The translations under genes were made by a program, and so were the position numbers. A stretch of DNA of 64,000 nt from Camelus dromedarius (taxonomy: Eukaryota): the NCBI RefSeq assembly GCF_036321535.1, contig NC_087436.1, forward strand, positions 73,286,001 through 73,350,000, written 5' to 3'. Shown in pieces: positions 47,500-61,847 of the stretch. The notes beneath the pieces were generated by a model, which did not search any database, was not told where the DNA came from, and saw only the letters and a program-made list of their open reading frames with translations. Each line of letters opens with the position of its first letter. Position 1 is the first letter of the stretch.

Positions 47500-50480
47500 T
47501 TTAATGGGCTTTCTGGAGAATTCTACCAAATTTTTAAAGAAAATTTAACACTAACTCTATACTATGTCTTCTGGAATCTAGAAGAGGAAACTGATTCCTT
47601 TTAGGAAGCAAGTATTATCTTAATATCAAAAACCAGACAAAATCAGTACAAAAAAAAAAGGTACTAGACACCAATTTTGCTTACTAATATAGACATGAAA
47701 GTCTTTAACAAAATATTAGCATTTAGAATTAAATAATGTGCAAAAAGAATTACACACTATGTTTAAGTAAATTTTATTCAATATTCCAAAATCAATCAGT
47801 GTAGCACGGTAAAGGAAACCATAAACAAAACAAAAAGACAACCTACAGAATGGGAAAAAATATTTGCAAATGATGTGACTAACAAGGGCTTAACTTCTAG
47901 AATAAATAAACAGCTCATACAACTTAATAACAACAACAACAAAAAAACCAATTCAAGAATGGGCATAAGACCTAAACAGACATTTCTCCAATGAAGACAT
48001 ACAAATGGCCAATAGGCACATGAAAAAATGCTCAATATCACTAATTATCAGAGAAATACAAATCAAAACTACAATGAGATATCACCTCACACCGGTCAGA
48101 ATGGTCATCATTAAAAAGTCCACAAACAATAAATTCTGGACAGAGTGTGGAGAATAGGGAACTCTCCTACACTGTTGGTGGGAATGTAGTTTGGTGCAGC
48201 CATTATGGAAAACAGTATAGAGATTCCTCAAAAAATTTTAAAATAGACTTACCATATGATCCAGCAATCCCACTCCAGGGCATATATCTGGAGGGAACTT
48301 TAATTCAAAAAGATACATACACCCCAATGTTTATAGAAGCACTAATTACAATAGCCAAGAAATGGAAATAACCTAAATGTTCATTAACAGATGACTAGAT
48401 AAAGAAGTTGTGGTATATTTATACAATGGAATACTACTCAGCCATAAAAAAGAATAAAATAATGTCATTTGCAGCAACATGGATGGACCTGGAGACTGTC
48501 ATCCTAAGCGAAGTAAGCAAGAAAGAGAAAGAAAAATACCATATGATATCACTTATACGTGGAATCTTAAAAAAAGATACAAACCAATGTATTTACAAAA
48601 CAGAAACAGATTCATAGACATAAAACAAACTTATAGTTACCAGGGGAGAAAGAGGTCGGGAAGGGATAAATTGGGAGTTTGAGATTTGCAGATATTAACT
48701 ACTATATATAAAATAAATAAACAAATTTGTACTGTATAGCACAGAGAACTATATTTGATAGTTTGTAGCAACCTATAATGAAAAAGAATATGAAAAGAAA
48801 TATATGTATGTATATGTATGACTGAACTATTATGCTGTACACCAGAAACTGGCACAACATTGTAAACTGACTATACTTCAATTTTTAAAAATGGAAAAAA
48901 AATCAACAAGTGTAGACCAACAGATTAACAGGCTAAGAAGAAAAATCATTTGATCATATCAATCAATGCATAAAAGATATCTGACAAAATTCAACACTCA
49001 TTTGTGATAAAAACTTTCAGAAAAATAGAGAGATGTCCTCAACTTAATCAAGAACATCTAACAAAACCTCACAGATACTCTCATACTTAAGTATGTTAGG
49101 AGATTGAATACTTTCACCTAAGATCAAGAACAAGACAAAAATAACCACTTTCACCATTTTTATTCAACATAGTGCTGGAAGTTCTAACCAGTGCAATAAG
49201 GCAAGAAAAGGAACTCTGTAGGAATCTACAAAACTAAAAAGAAAAAAAAAACCCTCTTTATCTAATATGTTATACAGCAAGATCACGGAGCACAGGATAA
49301 ACAATGAAAATCAGTTTTATTTCTATATACCAACACAAACATATAGACATAAAAATTTTAAAACATAATACAATTTACAACTATTAAAAATATTAAACAT
49401 GCAGGCATAAATCTAGCAAACCATGTCTGGGACTCGTATGCTGAAAACCACATAACACTAATGTAAGAAGTCAAAGAAGATCTAAAGAAATACAGAGACA
49501 CACCATGTTCATGGACTGGAAAACCCAGCATAGTAAAGATGTTCATTTTCCCCAAATAGATATAGAAGTTTAATGCAATTCCTATAAAAATCCTAGACAG
49601 ACCTATTGTATATAGAGATAAGATTATTATAAAAAATTTATGTAAAGGTAGAGAAAGTGGAATGGCTAAAACAATTCTGAAAAATAATAAGAAAGTAGAA
49701 GGATCGGTCTACCCAATTTCAAGACTTATTGTATAGCTACAGTAATCAAAATGGTATAGTATCAGCAGAGGGAAACATTCATAGACTGGTGGAACAAAAC
49801 ATCGAATCTAGCAATAGACTCAGAAAAAATATGCCTAATGGATTTTTGACAAAGATGCAAAAGCAATTCAATGGAGGAAAGATAGCCTTTTCACCAAAGG
49901 TGCTGGAACAATTAGATATTCGTAAGCAAATCATGAACCATGACTTAAGTTTCACACCTTATACAAAAATTAAGCAAAATAAATCGTGGACTTAAATGTA
50001 AGATATAAAAACTATAAAACTTTAGAAAAAACTAGAAATCCTTGGAATCTAGTGCTGGCAACAAGTTCTTAGATTTGAAACCAAAAGCACAATCCATAAA
50101 AGATAAAATTGATAAACTGTACTTTATCAAAGCTTAAAACTTCTATTCTGTGAAACGCCCAGTTTAGAGGATGAAAAGGTAAGCTACAAATTGGGAGAAA
50201 ATATTTGAAAACCACATATCCAACAAAGGATGGGTGTCTAGGATATATAAGGAACATACAAACCTCAAAAATAAAAAAATACTATTCAGTTAGAACATGG
50301 ACAAAAGACATCAAGAGACATTTTACCAAAGGAGACATACAGATAGCAAATAAACAGATAAAAAGATGTCCAATATCATTAGCCATTATGAAAATATAAA
50401 CTAAAACCCACCATGAGGCATCACTTCATCCTCATAAGAAAGCCTAAAATAAAAAATACTGAAAGCATAAAATAAAATAG
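47500..50480 (+). mobile_element. Old L1 ORF2 remnant, interrupted by a younger L1
   Basis: Degenerate ORF2 motifs: tctgacaaaattcaacac, ccatgttcatggactggaaaac, gacatcaagagacattttaccaaagg. Confidence 0.88.
47805..48898 (+). mobile_element. Young 5'-truncated L1 nested in old L1
   Basis: ORF2 C-terminus and complete 3'UTR; TSD aaaatcaa(tc/ca)agtgtag at 47788-47804 and 48899-48915. Confidence 0.95.
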
Positions 50481-50650
50481 CAAGGTTAAGTTTTAAATAA
50501 TAGTAGTTACTACAAATGTAAGTTCAACTCTTGGTTTAGATGGTAGAAAAAATCCAACAACTATTGCTTACAAGAGCCACACTGAAAACAAAATGATGTG
50601 GAAAGATTGAAAATAAAGTGATGATTACAGACAAACTTTTGTGTTCAGCA

Positions 50651-50765
50651 CAGATAGATGATAGGTAGGTAGGCAGATAGATTTATAGATAGATGATACA
50701 TACATACATACATACATACATACATACATACATACATACACATACATACATACATAGGTAGATAA
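50651..50765. repeat. (TAGA)n/(TACA)n compound tetranucleotide repeat
   Basis: A perfect TACA run of about 15 units preceded by degenerate GATA/TAGG units. Confidence 0.95.
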
Positions 50766-50789
50766 TAAAGGACAAAATTAAATCAGCTT

Positions 50790-51700
50790 GTCAAGTTGAG
50801 TATTTGCATAGCTTATGCTTTTGCCATACCACTCCTAAATGTATGCCCAAAAGAAACTCTTGTACAGAAATTCTCATGTCAGCATCGTTTGTAATAGCAA
50901 AAAGGTTAAAATCCCTTGATAGGATAATAAATTCAAATGGTGAAATACTTTATAGCAGTAAAAATGAATGAACTTCTGTAACACAGAATATGGATGAGTA
51001 TGATAGCATGATGTTGAGTGATAAAAGCAAGTCCCAGAAGACTATATACAGCATGTACACTCTTCTTAAAGTTTAACATCAGATAATAAAAACCAATATA
51101 TTGTTTATATATATGATACATATATGTATATATGATATATATGTGGTAAAATAATGTTTTAAAGCAAGGTAATGACATACACAAAATTTACCATAGCTAT
51201 TACCTTGGAGGGAAATAGGAGACTAGGGTAGAAGGATGGGGAAGAGAAGCACTCGGTAGGTGCAATTGTTACTGTTTTAGTTCTTGAGTCAGGTGGTGAG
51301 TTAAAAAAAAATTTTAATCTATTTTTAAAAAGGCGTGACAAAAGATAAACTAGTTAGATATAAACCAGCAGAAATCCAGTATAGCAATTTTAATACTAGA
51401 CAAAAAAGGACATACAAAATGAAAAACATAATATGGGGATATAGGAGTAGAATACATTAGCATTAGGGACCAAGAAGATGTAATAATCATGAATATATAC
51501 TTAGTAATATAGCTTAAAAATATATGAAACAATAACTGACAGAAGAATGAAATAAATTAATTAATCTTCTACTTGGAAAAATTTAAGTCACCATTTTCAG
51601 AAACTAACAGCTTAAGTAGAAGAAAAAGAGCAAAGATATAGAACACTCAGTTATCAAATTAAAACTAAAAAAGTTACTAAAAACTAGATGCAAAATTTAT
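50790..51700 (+). mobile_element. Very old L1 fragments (L1ME-like 3' end and ORF2 endonuclease debris)
   Basis: ccactcctaaatgtatgcccaaaagaaactcttgtaca...tgttgagtgataaaagcaagtcccagaag; gtatagcaattttaatactagacaaaa. Confidence 0.65.
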
Positions 51701-53034
51701 ATAACCCATTCCAAACTGAATTGGGGGCTTTTCAGAACTGTCTCTTCCCTTTCATACATTTTAACATTTAGCCTTGAAAAACTAGAGACTCTTCTAACTG
51801 GTGAAGTCTTTGCAAGATAAGTAGCAAATATTTCCATTTTCCCTGAAGCTGCCAGAATAGCGCAGAATATTCTGCATCATAAAACTGACCTGACAACTTT
51901 AATTCTAACAAAGATTTGTAAGACATCCAGACTTCAGAAACTGTTGTTGTGTCCTGGGGAAATCTTTCCTCTTCTCTAAGAAGCTTATAATGCTGATTGG
52001 TTGTTTTATAATGTGTTGCCCTGGTGATAATATTTAAAATGGCATCTTAGAGATATAAATACTTGTTGACTTTCTTTGTTAAGCTAGAAAAGGATCATTG
52101 GCACTTAACATGCCTAGAGAAAAAAAGTAAAAGTAAAATGACTTTTAGATTTCCATTTTACAGAGTTTGACTGAAAGTCTCATCTTATTTAAATAAATGA
52201 ATAATGCTTGAGTTAAACAGAAGATTAGAAGTTACTTAAAACTGTATGACAACGAAAGTGCTATATATTAAAATCTGTGAGATGCATCTAAATAGTACTT
52301 AGCGGGAAATTTATATCTTTGAATATGTTGATGAAAGGCTAAAACAAATTAACTATTTCTCTTCTTCTTCCTCTTTCTATCTCTTCCATTATTTTCCTGC
52401 CTTCCTTTCCTGAACAGTTCAGTCCTAAAGGTATTAGATGAGCCCACTTCTAAGAGACGTAGGCATCCAAACATCAGGAATGGAGAGAGGGTAAGCCATG
52501 GCAGCCCACACCACAGGGCTGACATCCAAGGAAGATAAGGGCAAGGGGCCCAATTTAGACAGGGTAAGAGGTCACCTCCACCCTGAGGCACAGGGGTTAC
52601 AGTCCCCGCAGGGTGAGCAGGGCATCCCCGTGGAAAAGTGGCCTGGAATGGGAGGTTGGAAGAATGGATATAGCAAAGAGGGAGTCACACAGGGGAGGGC
52701 GTGGTGGAAGAGATGAGAAATTGATTACATAAGGAGGATTAATCAAGTAACTAAATAAAGGATGTCTCTGAAGTCTTCATGTAATTTTAAGCTTTAATAA
52801 CTTCAGAACCATAAATTCTACAGACTTATAAAAAAATTAATTTGACTGTTGGAGTATTTAAATTTCTTCTATACTTATTTAGGTTTGTATATTTTGAATG
52901 ATAAATATTTAATTTAATATTTTCTTTTCAGTCTGTTTGATTGAATATGGCAAATGACTGAAACAGGATAAAATATAAAATGTTTCAAAATATTCAAAAT
53001 TCACACAAAAAAGTGTTAAAGAAATATAAACATC

Positions 53035-54150
53035 TAATTAAACTTATAAGTTTTGCACAAACATAAATAAAACAAAAAGACAACTTATGAACTGGAAGAA
53101 AATATTTGCAAATGATACAACTGACAAAGGTTTAATTTCCAGAATATACCAACAGCTCATACAACTCAATAACAAATAAAAAACAAACAACCAGTCAAAA
53201 AATAGGTGGAAGACCTAAACAGACATTTCTCCAATGAAGACACAGGCACCACAGGCACATGAAAAGATGCTCACTATCACTAAATATTAGAAAAATACAA
53301 ATCAAAACTACCATGAAATATCACCTCACACCAGTCAGAATGGTCATCATTAAAAAGTCCACAAATGATAAATGCTGGAGAGGCTGTGGAGAAAAGGGAA
53401 CCCTCCTACACTGTTGGTGGGAATGCAGTTTGCAGCCACTATGGAAAAGCCAATATGGAGATTCCTTTAAAAACCAAAAATAGACTTACTATATGATCCA
53501 GCAATCCCACTCCTGGGCATATATCCAGAGAAAATTCTAATTCAAAAAGATAAATGTACCCCAATGTCTATAGCAGCATTATTCACCATAGCCAAGACAC
53601 AGAAGCAACCTAAATGTCCATCCATAGATGATTGGGTAAAGAAGATATGAGATAGATACATAGATACATAGATACATAGATACATAGGAAGAAAGAATAC
53701 TACTAAGTGATAAAAAAAAAAAAGAATGGAATAATGCCATTTGCAGCTACACGGATGGACCTGGAGATTATCATACTAAGTGAAGTTAAGTCAGCCAGAG
53801 AAAGACAAATATCATATGATCTCTCTTGTATGTGGAATCTTTAAAAATGACACAGATGAACTCATTTACAAAACAGAAAGAGACTCATAGACATAGAAAA
53901 CAAACATGTTTACCAAAGGGGAAAAGGGTGGGGAAGGGATAAATTGGGAGTTTGGGATTAGCAGATACAAACTACTATATACAGAACTGATAAACAAGGT
54001 CCTACTGTATAACACAGGGAACTATATTCAATAACTTATAATAACCTATAATGAAAAAGAATATCTATGTATGTATAACTGAATCACTATGCTATATACC
54101 AGAAACTAACACATTATAAATCAACTATACTTAAATAAAATAAAGTAAAT
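53035..54150 (+). mobile_element. Young 5'-truncated L1 with internal (GATACATA)n
   Basis: Peptide [28 protein letters not shown]; 3'UTR ending tcaactatacttaaataaaataaa. Confidence 0.95.
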
Positions 54151-54269
54151 TTAAACAAACTTTCAAATGATGATGGAAAGGGGGAAAAACTAGATTATAC
54201 CTGTAATGTTGAATTGGAAATGAAGATATTGGTGCAAAATCATGGTCTTCAATTAATAAAAACAGAAAT

Positions 54270-54935
54270 TAATCAATATATTTGAAAGATATCCTGTGTT
54301 CATGGATTGGAAGAATTAATATTGCTAAAATGTCCATACTACCCAAAGCAATCTACAGATTTAATGCAATCCCTATCAAAATACCCACAACATTTTTCAA
54401 AGAACTAGAACAAACAATCCTAAAATTTATATGGAACCACAAAAGACCCAGGATTGCCAAAATAATTGCTGGTGATATCACGCTCCCTGACCTCAGTGTA
54501 GACTACAAAGCTACAGTATCAAAACAGCATCGTACTGGAACAAAAACAAACATACAGATCAATGGAACAGAATAGAGACATCAGAAATAAACCCATGCAC
54601 ATATGATCAATTAATCCACAACAAAGAATATACAATGGAGAAAAGATAGTCTCTACAATAAGTGGTGCTGGGAAAACTGGGCAGCTACATGCAAAACAAT
54701 GAAATTAGAACATTTTCTCATACCACATACAAAAATAAACTTAAAATGGATTAAAGATCCAAATTTAAGACCTGAAACCATAAAACTCCTAGAAGAGAGC
54801 ATACTCTTTGATATAAATTGTGGCAATATTTTTTGACTCTGTCTCCTAAGGCAAAATAAATTTTAAAAAAATAAACAAATGGGACCAATTAAATTTAAAA
54901 GCTTTTGCACAGCAAAGGAAACCATTGATAAAAGA
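54270..54935 (+). mobile_element. L1 ORF2 internal fragment
   Basis: Peptide [34 protein letters not shown]. Confidence 0.95.
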
Positions 54936-54989
54936 TGCTTTGAAAATAGGTGGTTATATTACACATGTAAATGTAGTTTAAAATGTTTA

Positions 54990-57050
54990 AGGGAAAAAAA
55001 TACACTACATACATATACAATACAATTTCTGAATTTCCAGAATTTTTATTACATTTTTTTCCTTCATTTACAATATTAAACAATCCTAAAATTATATTTG
55101 TATATGGTATAGGGCCAAATCTTACTTTCTTCTAGATTTCCTCTAAATTTAGTATTTATTGAATAATTCTAACTTCTCCCAATATAGTAAAATACCAGTT
55201 TTTTGCATTTTAAATTCTCTTATGTGCTGAGATTGATTTCTGTATTCTCTATTTGACCCATTTGTCTATTTGTCTATTCCTATGCCACTGCCGTGTTGTT
55301 TTTTACTTGAATGGCTTTATAGTATGTTCTAATATCTGATAAAAAAAAAAGCCCCTCCTTTGCTAGTCTATGTTTTCAAATCCTTCTTGAGTATTATTAG
55401 GCACCTATTTTTACTTCTAAACTTTCAGATAATTTTACTCAGTTCCAAAGGTACTTTTAATGCCCTGTTGGTATTTTAATCTAAATTTCATCAAACTTAA
55501 TTTAGGGGAAATTAACATTTTTATTACATTGCTTTCTCATTTTAAAACTATCTTACTATTTGTTGAAAGCTTCTTTCTAGGTTATACAAAAAGATTTTAC
55601 AATTTTTTTCATATGATTCCTGTGCTTTTCTCTAAAATTTATTCCTAAGTACTTTACAGTTTTTGTCATTTAGGTAAATTCTATTTTTTCTATTTCCTTT
55701 ACCAGTGTTTATTATTAAAAGAGAATAAATAATTTATTCTTGTATAAGGATCTTGTAGAAGTCACCTAACCAAATTTTCTTATTAAATCTTGTGTGTTTT
55801 TATTTACAGGTATCTTGGATTTTCTAAATATAAAATCATATCATCAGCAAAAAGTGAAAGATTTCACTCTTCTTTTCCAATATTTATCATCAACTACTGT
55901 ATTTTATTGTCTCACTACATCACTAGTACCTCCCAATCAGTGTTAAGTCATAATGGCGAGATTGGACATGCCAGATGAGTTCCAAATTTTACTGGAAGTA
56001 GTTGTTATGATTTGATTTTAGGACTGTCAGATTTTGGTACATAGTTTCTATTTCAATTAATTCTGTAGTAAAACTGGAAATAACCAGTCACACTAGATTA
56101 GTGCTTAGACAAATATACCAGACTACAGGGAAGAGTCAATCATCAGGTTAGGCTTCATTCATCCCTTTGACCCTCAGTCTGGACAGTGCACAGTTTCCTA
56201 CTGTCAGACAAACAATTGAGGTCTCATAGCATCTCATGTTACAGGAATTAAGAGAATGTCATAAGCATTTTGTAACATAAAGGAGTTTTAATGGTTAATT
56301 TAAAAAGGGGAACTTGTTGGGCTAAGTAGTTCTCTGGAAATTTATGTGGTTAGCTGGCCAGTTATTTTGCAATCAGCTAGTTAACAAGTTCAGAATATTT
56401 ATATTTTATCATAAAGGTAAGAAAGTTTACTTTTTAAAATAATGGGCCAAATAATGGTAGACAGCTAAAATGTACAACTCCCAAAGAATTCCCTTCTGTT
56501 TCTATTTTACTTATAGTTTAATTAGGAATGGATGTTAACTTTTATTGAATACTCTTCCATATCTAATGAAATGATCACACGATTTGCTGATAAAGTAAAG
56601 TATGTTGTCATATTTCTTGCCATTATCTTTAAATTCCTAAAATAAAAATACTTGATCAAAATGTATTATTCTTTTGATTCATTAGCAGATTATTTTTGCT
56701 AATATTTTATTTGTAATTTTTGCATCTATATTTATAAATGAGATTTGCCTATATTTTTTTCTCCCTTTCTGAGGTTTTAGTATTAAAGTTACGATGATTG
56801 GAGAGATACCTATCTTTTTACATGGCCTGGAATCATTTGAAAAATAGTGGAATTATTCATTCTTTAAAGATTAGATAATTGTTCTGAAAGCATCCGTGCC
56901 TGGGTTTTTCAATAGATTTTGAATCATCTTTCCATTCCCATCAATAGTAATTTTCCATTTCTTCTTTGTTCAATTTTGATTATGGATATTTTTCTGGGAA
57001 ATAAACATTCCCTCTAGGTTTTCAAATTTGTCATAATGAAATTGCATGAC
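54990..57050 (-). mobile_element. Old antisense L1 ORF2 debris
   Basis: T-rich; ttggattttctaaatataaaatcatatcatcagcaaa, ttttgcatctatatttataaatgagatttg. Confidence 0.75.
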
Positions 57051-57229
57051 CATGAGTTAAAACAAAGAAATAAAATGAGAGTCAAAGAGTCAGCCTCAGA
57101 AACCTAGCAGCTTCTCTCTTAGTTGTAAAGGCTGTTTCTCTTCATCATTAATCTAAGTTCCTGCATGGCCTTCAATTATGGCTCTGGACTAGTCAGGGGA
57201 ATGGGAAAGACACAAGCGAGTTTCTATCT

Positions 57230-58190
57230 ACCACCTACTGGCCATGTGACCCTCTGCTATGACCCTAATTCAAGCCACCCTAATCTCGTCCTTGGACTAC
57301 AAAAAACTCTTAACTGGTCCCCCTGCAACTTGCCCCACCACTGTCTATCCTCTGGTCAACTATTAGAATATTTTTAATAGTAAAAATTAGATGAACTGTC
57401 ATATTTAAAACTTTCCAAAGTTTCCCACTGAACCAGAAAAAAAAAAAAAATGTCTGCACTTCCGACCACAGCATTCAAAGCCCACATGAACTAGGCACCA
57501 TTATGGTTACCAAAGGGGAAAAGGGGTAAGGGATAAATTAGGCATATGAGATTAACAGATGCACACTACTATGTATAAAATAGATAAGCAACAAGGATTT
57601 ACTCTATATCATGGGAAACATATTCAATATCTTATAATAACCTATAATGGAAAATAACATGAAATATATATGTATATAGCTGAATCACTTTGCTGTACAC
57701 TTGGAACTAACACAATATTGTAAATCAACTATACTTCAACATAAATAAACCAACAAACAAACAATACACAAATACATCTCACTCTACTCATACTCCAGCC
57801 ACCATGGTCCAACCACTCTGCCTTCTTTCTTTCTCCCTGAAGATACCAAACTTATTTCCATCTCAGTTCTTTTGCATCTACTGTTTCTTGTGCTTGGAAT
57901 ACACTTCCTCCTTTTTATTTTTCAGTTCTCCCCTCAAATGTCACCACCTCAGAAAGGCCTGATCTGACCACCCTAGCTGGAACAACCACCCCCAGCCCCA
58001 GGCACTCTCTTTAACAATATTCTATCTTCTTCAGAACACTTATCACTACCTAGTTCTGTGTTTGTTATCTGTCTTCCTCCACTGGAATATAAGCCCCCTG
58101 AAGGCAGGGACTTCATCTAACTGCTATATCCTTAGCACCTAGAACAGTGACTGCTCATAGTAAATATTCAATAAATATGTGTGACTGATC
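57230..58190 (+). mobile_element. L2a 3' portion, interrupted by a short L1
   Basis: ctcaaatgtcaccacctcagaaaggcct...ctggaatataagccccctgaaggcaggg...tagcacctagaacagtg...ttcaataaatatg. Confidence 0.88.
57500..57765 (+). mobile_element. Short L1 3' end
   Basis: ttatggttaccaaagggg...taaatcaactatacttcaacataaataaa. Confidence 0.9.
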
Positions 58191-58408
58191 AGCTGTTACT
58201 TTCTGGATAAAATCCAAACTTCGTATGCCAACAGAGTGCTACATCATCTGACTTGGCTCGTGTCTTCAAGCTCATCTCGTGCCTCTCCACCTCCTGCCAG
58301 GATGGGACTAGGGGCCAACGTGAAGCCATGTTGGTCTGATAAACCTAAAAGAGTAATCCTAAGTATATCAATGCTCTACATAAAATCTTTACCACAATCC
58401 AAATACCA

Positions 58409-58479
58409 GGAAGGAAGGAAGGAAGGAAGGAAGGAAGGAAGGAAGGAAGGAAGGAAGGAAGGAAGGAAGGAAGGAAGGA
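58409..58479. repeat. Perfect (GGAA)n microsatellite, about 17 units
   Basis: Read directly from the sequence. Confidence 0.97.
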
Positions 58480-59934
58480 GTAAGGGAAACACACTTGCCA
58501 TGTGGGGGCATGTGTCAGGGTAGGTGAAGGATACAGAAGCATCAAAATAAAGAGCTTGAGTCTCATAGAGGAGGATTCGAATAAAGAGAAGAAGTAGAAT
58601 AAAGGACAGGGGAAGTTTCTATTACACATGGAAAATTACAATGCCTGATAGAAGATATTATAAATGTTACAAATATAAGCAAGAAAAGTGTTCCAAGACA
58701 CTGATAATTTGCTATGAAAAGTTTACATATACATTTTAGTTCTCCAACTAGAAAATTGGTTTTCCCCAAAGACAAGAACTACTTTTCCATCTTTCTTCCT
58801 TCAATCATTTTTGTGGAGACCCCAAAGCCTTGAGTTTAGCATTCTACAAGTAGTGGAAAAATCAATAAATGCTTACTGAACAGTTAAAGGAATGGATGCA
58901 TGTCTAGGGTTCATGGGGTTGAAAGTGGGTGAGAGATAGGTTAGCGGATGGCAAGGAAAAGTTGATGCCCCCTGCTGCAAAGTTAAGAATATCTCCATGG
59001 AGGTCGTCCATGGACCCTTCCCAAGGCCAGAGTCAGAACCAAAGTCATGCTTCAGTCACAGAGGAAAAGACAGTGGAAAATCTTTCCTAACAAGGACAAA
59101 TATGACACCAAAAGTACCCATCAATGTAGAGATAAGAGAACATGAACCTAGCCCTCTAACTGGAGCTACAGCATGCTTTCAGGGCAGAGAGAGAATTTTC
59201 AAGCACCAGAGCAGAAAACACTTAACATAATGACAGGCTGAGAAGTACAATTATCTCCTCCCTCCTCCCACTCCACTGCAAGCAGGAAAATCGCTGCGAG
59301 GGTCGACTGTAAGTGTAAGGTGGCACTGAACAGCAGCCAGAGGGGACCTGCCTATTTCAACACGTTCTATGGAAATTTATTCCCAGGGCATCTGACAAAC
59401 GATGCTAAGTGTCTGGGAACAGCAGACTGAGGAGGACAGACTGCCCATCAGTTCCTGATCTACTTGAGCATCTGAGCAGCACTTTCTTTTGGGCGTGTTA
59501 ACAGCACTTGTCTCCCCGCAGAGGAATAGCAAGTGCAAATGTTTCAAAAGCAAAAGCATATTCTCAATTTTAAAGTGAGAAGAAAGGGAAGATAAAGTAC
59601 TTTCTTTAAAAACAGGGAACAACTCATTCTGTTTGTGATCAACTATGTGCAGTCAATCAAAATGGTTTCACTCGAGTGAGATGGTCATGTCCCCAAACCA
59701 ACATATTTCATTACACTGAGGACATCCACACTCAGGGAAGCAAGAGGACAGAGGTGCAGGTGTTAACACCATCCTTATGCACAAGATACCAGAAATATAA
59801 AGTAAAATGGATTTTGAGATGGAAATAGCTGAGCTCCAAGATGGCAATGATGTTGCCAAAAGTGAATTCCTTGTCATAAAATCAATTTAGTGGGTTGCAA
59901 CCAGCTTCCTTCTCCTTTGTAATGAAAAGGTAAA

Positions 59935-60160
59935 CTTACATAATGCTTACTAGGTATCAGACAATGTTCCAAGCACTTTGTGGATATTAACTTATTTAAT
60001 TCTGACAACATCCCTAGGTGGGTGCTTTATGCCTCCATTTTAAAGATGAGGAAACTGAGGCTTAAAGAAGTTATATGACTTATTCAGAGTCACATAGCAA
60101 AGCTAGGATTTAAAATACAATAGCTGCCTCCAGAGGCCTGGCTATTAACAGAGCCATTCT
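59935..60160 (-). mobile_element. MIR
   Basis: ctccattttaaagatgaggaaactgaggcttaaagaagtt. Confidence 0.88.
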
Positions 60161-60374
60161 GACTCTCATGGTTATGACCTGCAATAACTACCCTAGAACC
60201 AAAGGTCTTTAAATAACTCCCTCATACCCATGCCTCTGCTTCAACAATTATCAAATCATGGCCAATCTTGTTTCATCTAGAACCTTATTCCCAATAACAG
60301 AGTATTTTGAAGGAAATCCCAGGCATCATATCATTTTATCTGGAAATATTTTTGAGTGTGGTGCTAACAGGTTT

Positions 60375-61150
60375 TTTTTAATATGAGGTTTATTGAGATA
60401 TAACTCACATAATCACAAAATTTACCCATTTTAAGTATACAATTCAATGCTTTTTAGTATATTCATGTAGTTGCACAATTATTACCACAATCAATTTTTA
60501 GAACATTTTTATCACTCCAAAAAGAAGTTCCATAATCACCAACAGTCACTGTCCATCTCACTTCTCCCAGGCCCTGGCAATCACCAGTCTACTTTCTGTC
60601 TCTATGGATTTGTCTATTCTGGATTTCATATAAATGGAATCATATTATATGTGGCCCTTTGTGATTGGCTTCTTCCATCTAGCTAAATGTTTTCAAGGTT
60701 CATCCATGTTGTAACACATATCAGCACTTCACTCCTTTTTATGTTTGCATAATATTCCATTATATGGTTATACCACTGTTTATCCACTCATCAGATAGTA
60801 GACATTTAGGTTGTTTCTTTTTGGTTAATATGAGTAATGCTACTATGAATATTCATGTACACATTTTTGTGTGGACATATGTTTTCATTTCTCTTGGGTA
60901 TACACCTAGAAGTAGAATTGCTGGTAGCTCTATGTTTAACCTTTGGAACTGCCAGTCTGTTTTCCAAAGAAATGGTACCATATCGCATTCCCACCATCAG
61001 TGTCTGAGGATTCCAATTTCTTCACCTACTCACCAGCACTTGTTATCTGTCTTTTTGATCATAGCCATCCTTGTGGGTGTGAAGTAGTGTCTCATTGTGG
61101 TTTTGATTCTCATTTCCCTGATGGCTTGTGATGCTGAGTCTTTTTCATGC
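60375..61150 (-). mobile_element. L1MB-like 3' end
   Basis: tttattgagatataactcacat...tttacccattttaagtatacaattcaatg...tcaaggttcatccatgttgta. Confidence 0.92.
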
Positions 61151-61459
61151 CTGGCAGATTTAAACTAGCAGATTCTCACTTTAAGATTCTTTTTGGAACA
61201 CCTTTTTTAATTCCAAAATATTTGTTCTTTCTCTTACCAATGGAATGTTCATACACTTTGCTGTCCTATTTTTTGCTGCCATCATCCTTGTTTCCCATAC
61301 TTCCAACTGTTCCAAACTTAGTCTCTAGCCAGAGACCCCATAAAGAAATAATCTTTCTAAAGTAGCCCCTCCATGTGTTGTTTCCTTCATTGTATTTATC
61401 ACTGTCTAAAATAATATTTACTTGTTTATTGTTTGTCTTCCAATACACACTCTGAAACA

Positions 61460-61847
61460 CAGTTGTCTCTTGGTATCTGCAGGTTCCAGGACCATCCGAC
61501 CCCCACCCACCCCACAATGGTTACCAAAATTCAAGGGTACTCAAGTCCTTTATATAAAATGGCATAGTATTTGCATATAACCTATGCACATCCTCTTATA
61601 TACTTTAAATCATCTCTAGATTATCTGTAATATCTAATGCAATGCAAATACTATGTAAATAGCTATAAATACAAAGTAAATTTTTTTTACTTTGTAAAAA
61701 TTTACAAAGTAATTACTGTAAATAATTGCCAGTGTGCAGCAAATTCCACTTTGCTTTTGGAACTTTCTGAAATATTTTTCCCAATATTTTTGATCTGTGT
61801 TTGGTTGAATCCACAGACGCAGAATCCATGGATAGAGAGACTCAACT
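61460..61847. mobile_element. MER2 (TcMar-Tigger) nested in an L2 fragment
   Basis: Degenerate terminal inverted repeats cagttgtctcttggtatc / gatagagagactcaact; internal tatttgcatataacctatgcacatcctc...ctttaaatcatctctagatta. Confidence 0.88.

Noticed and set aside
59330..59350. CTCF-like motif cagccagaggggac
   Set aside because: Mismatches at key core positions.
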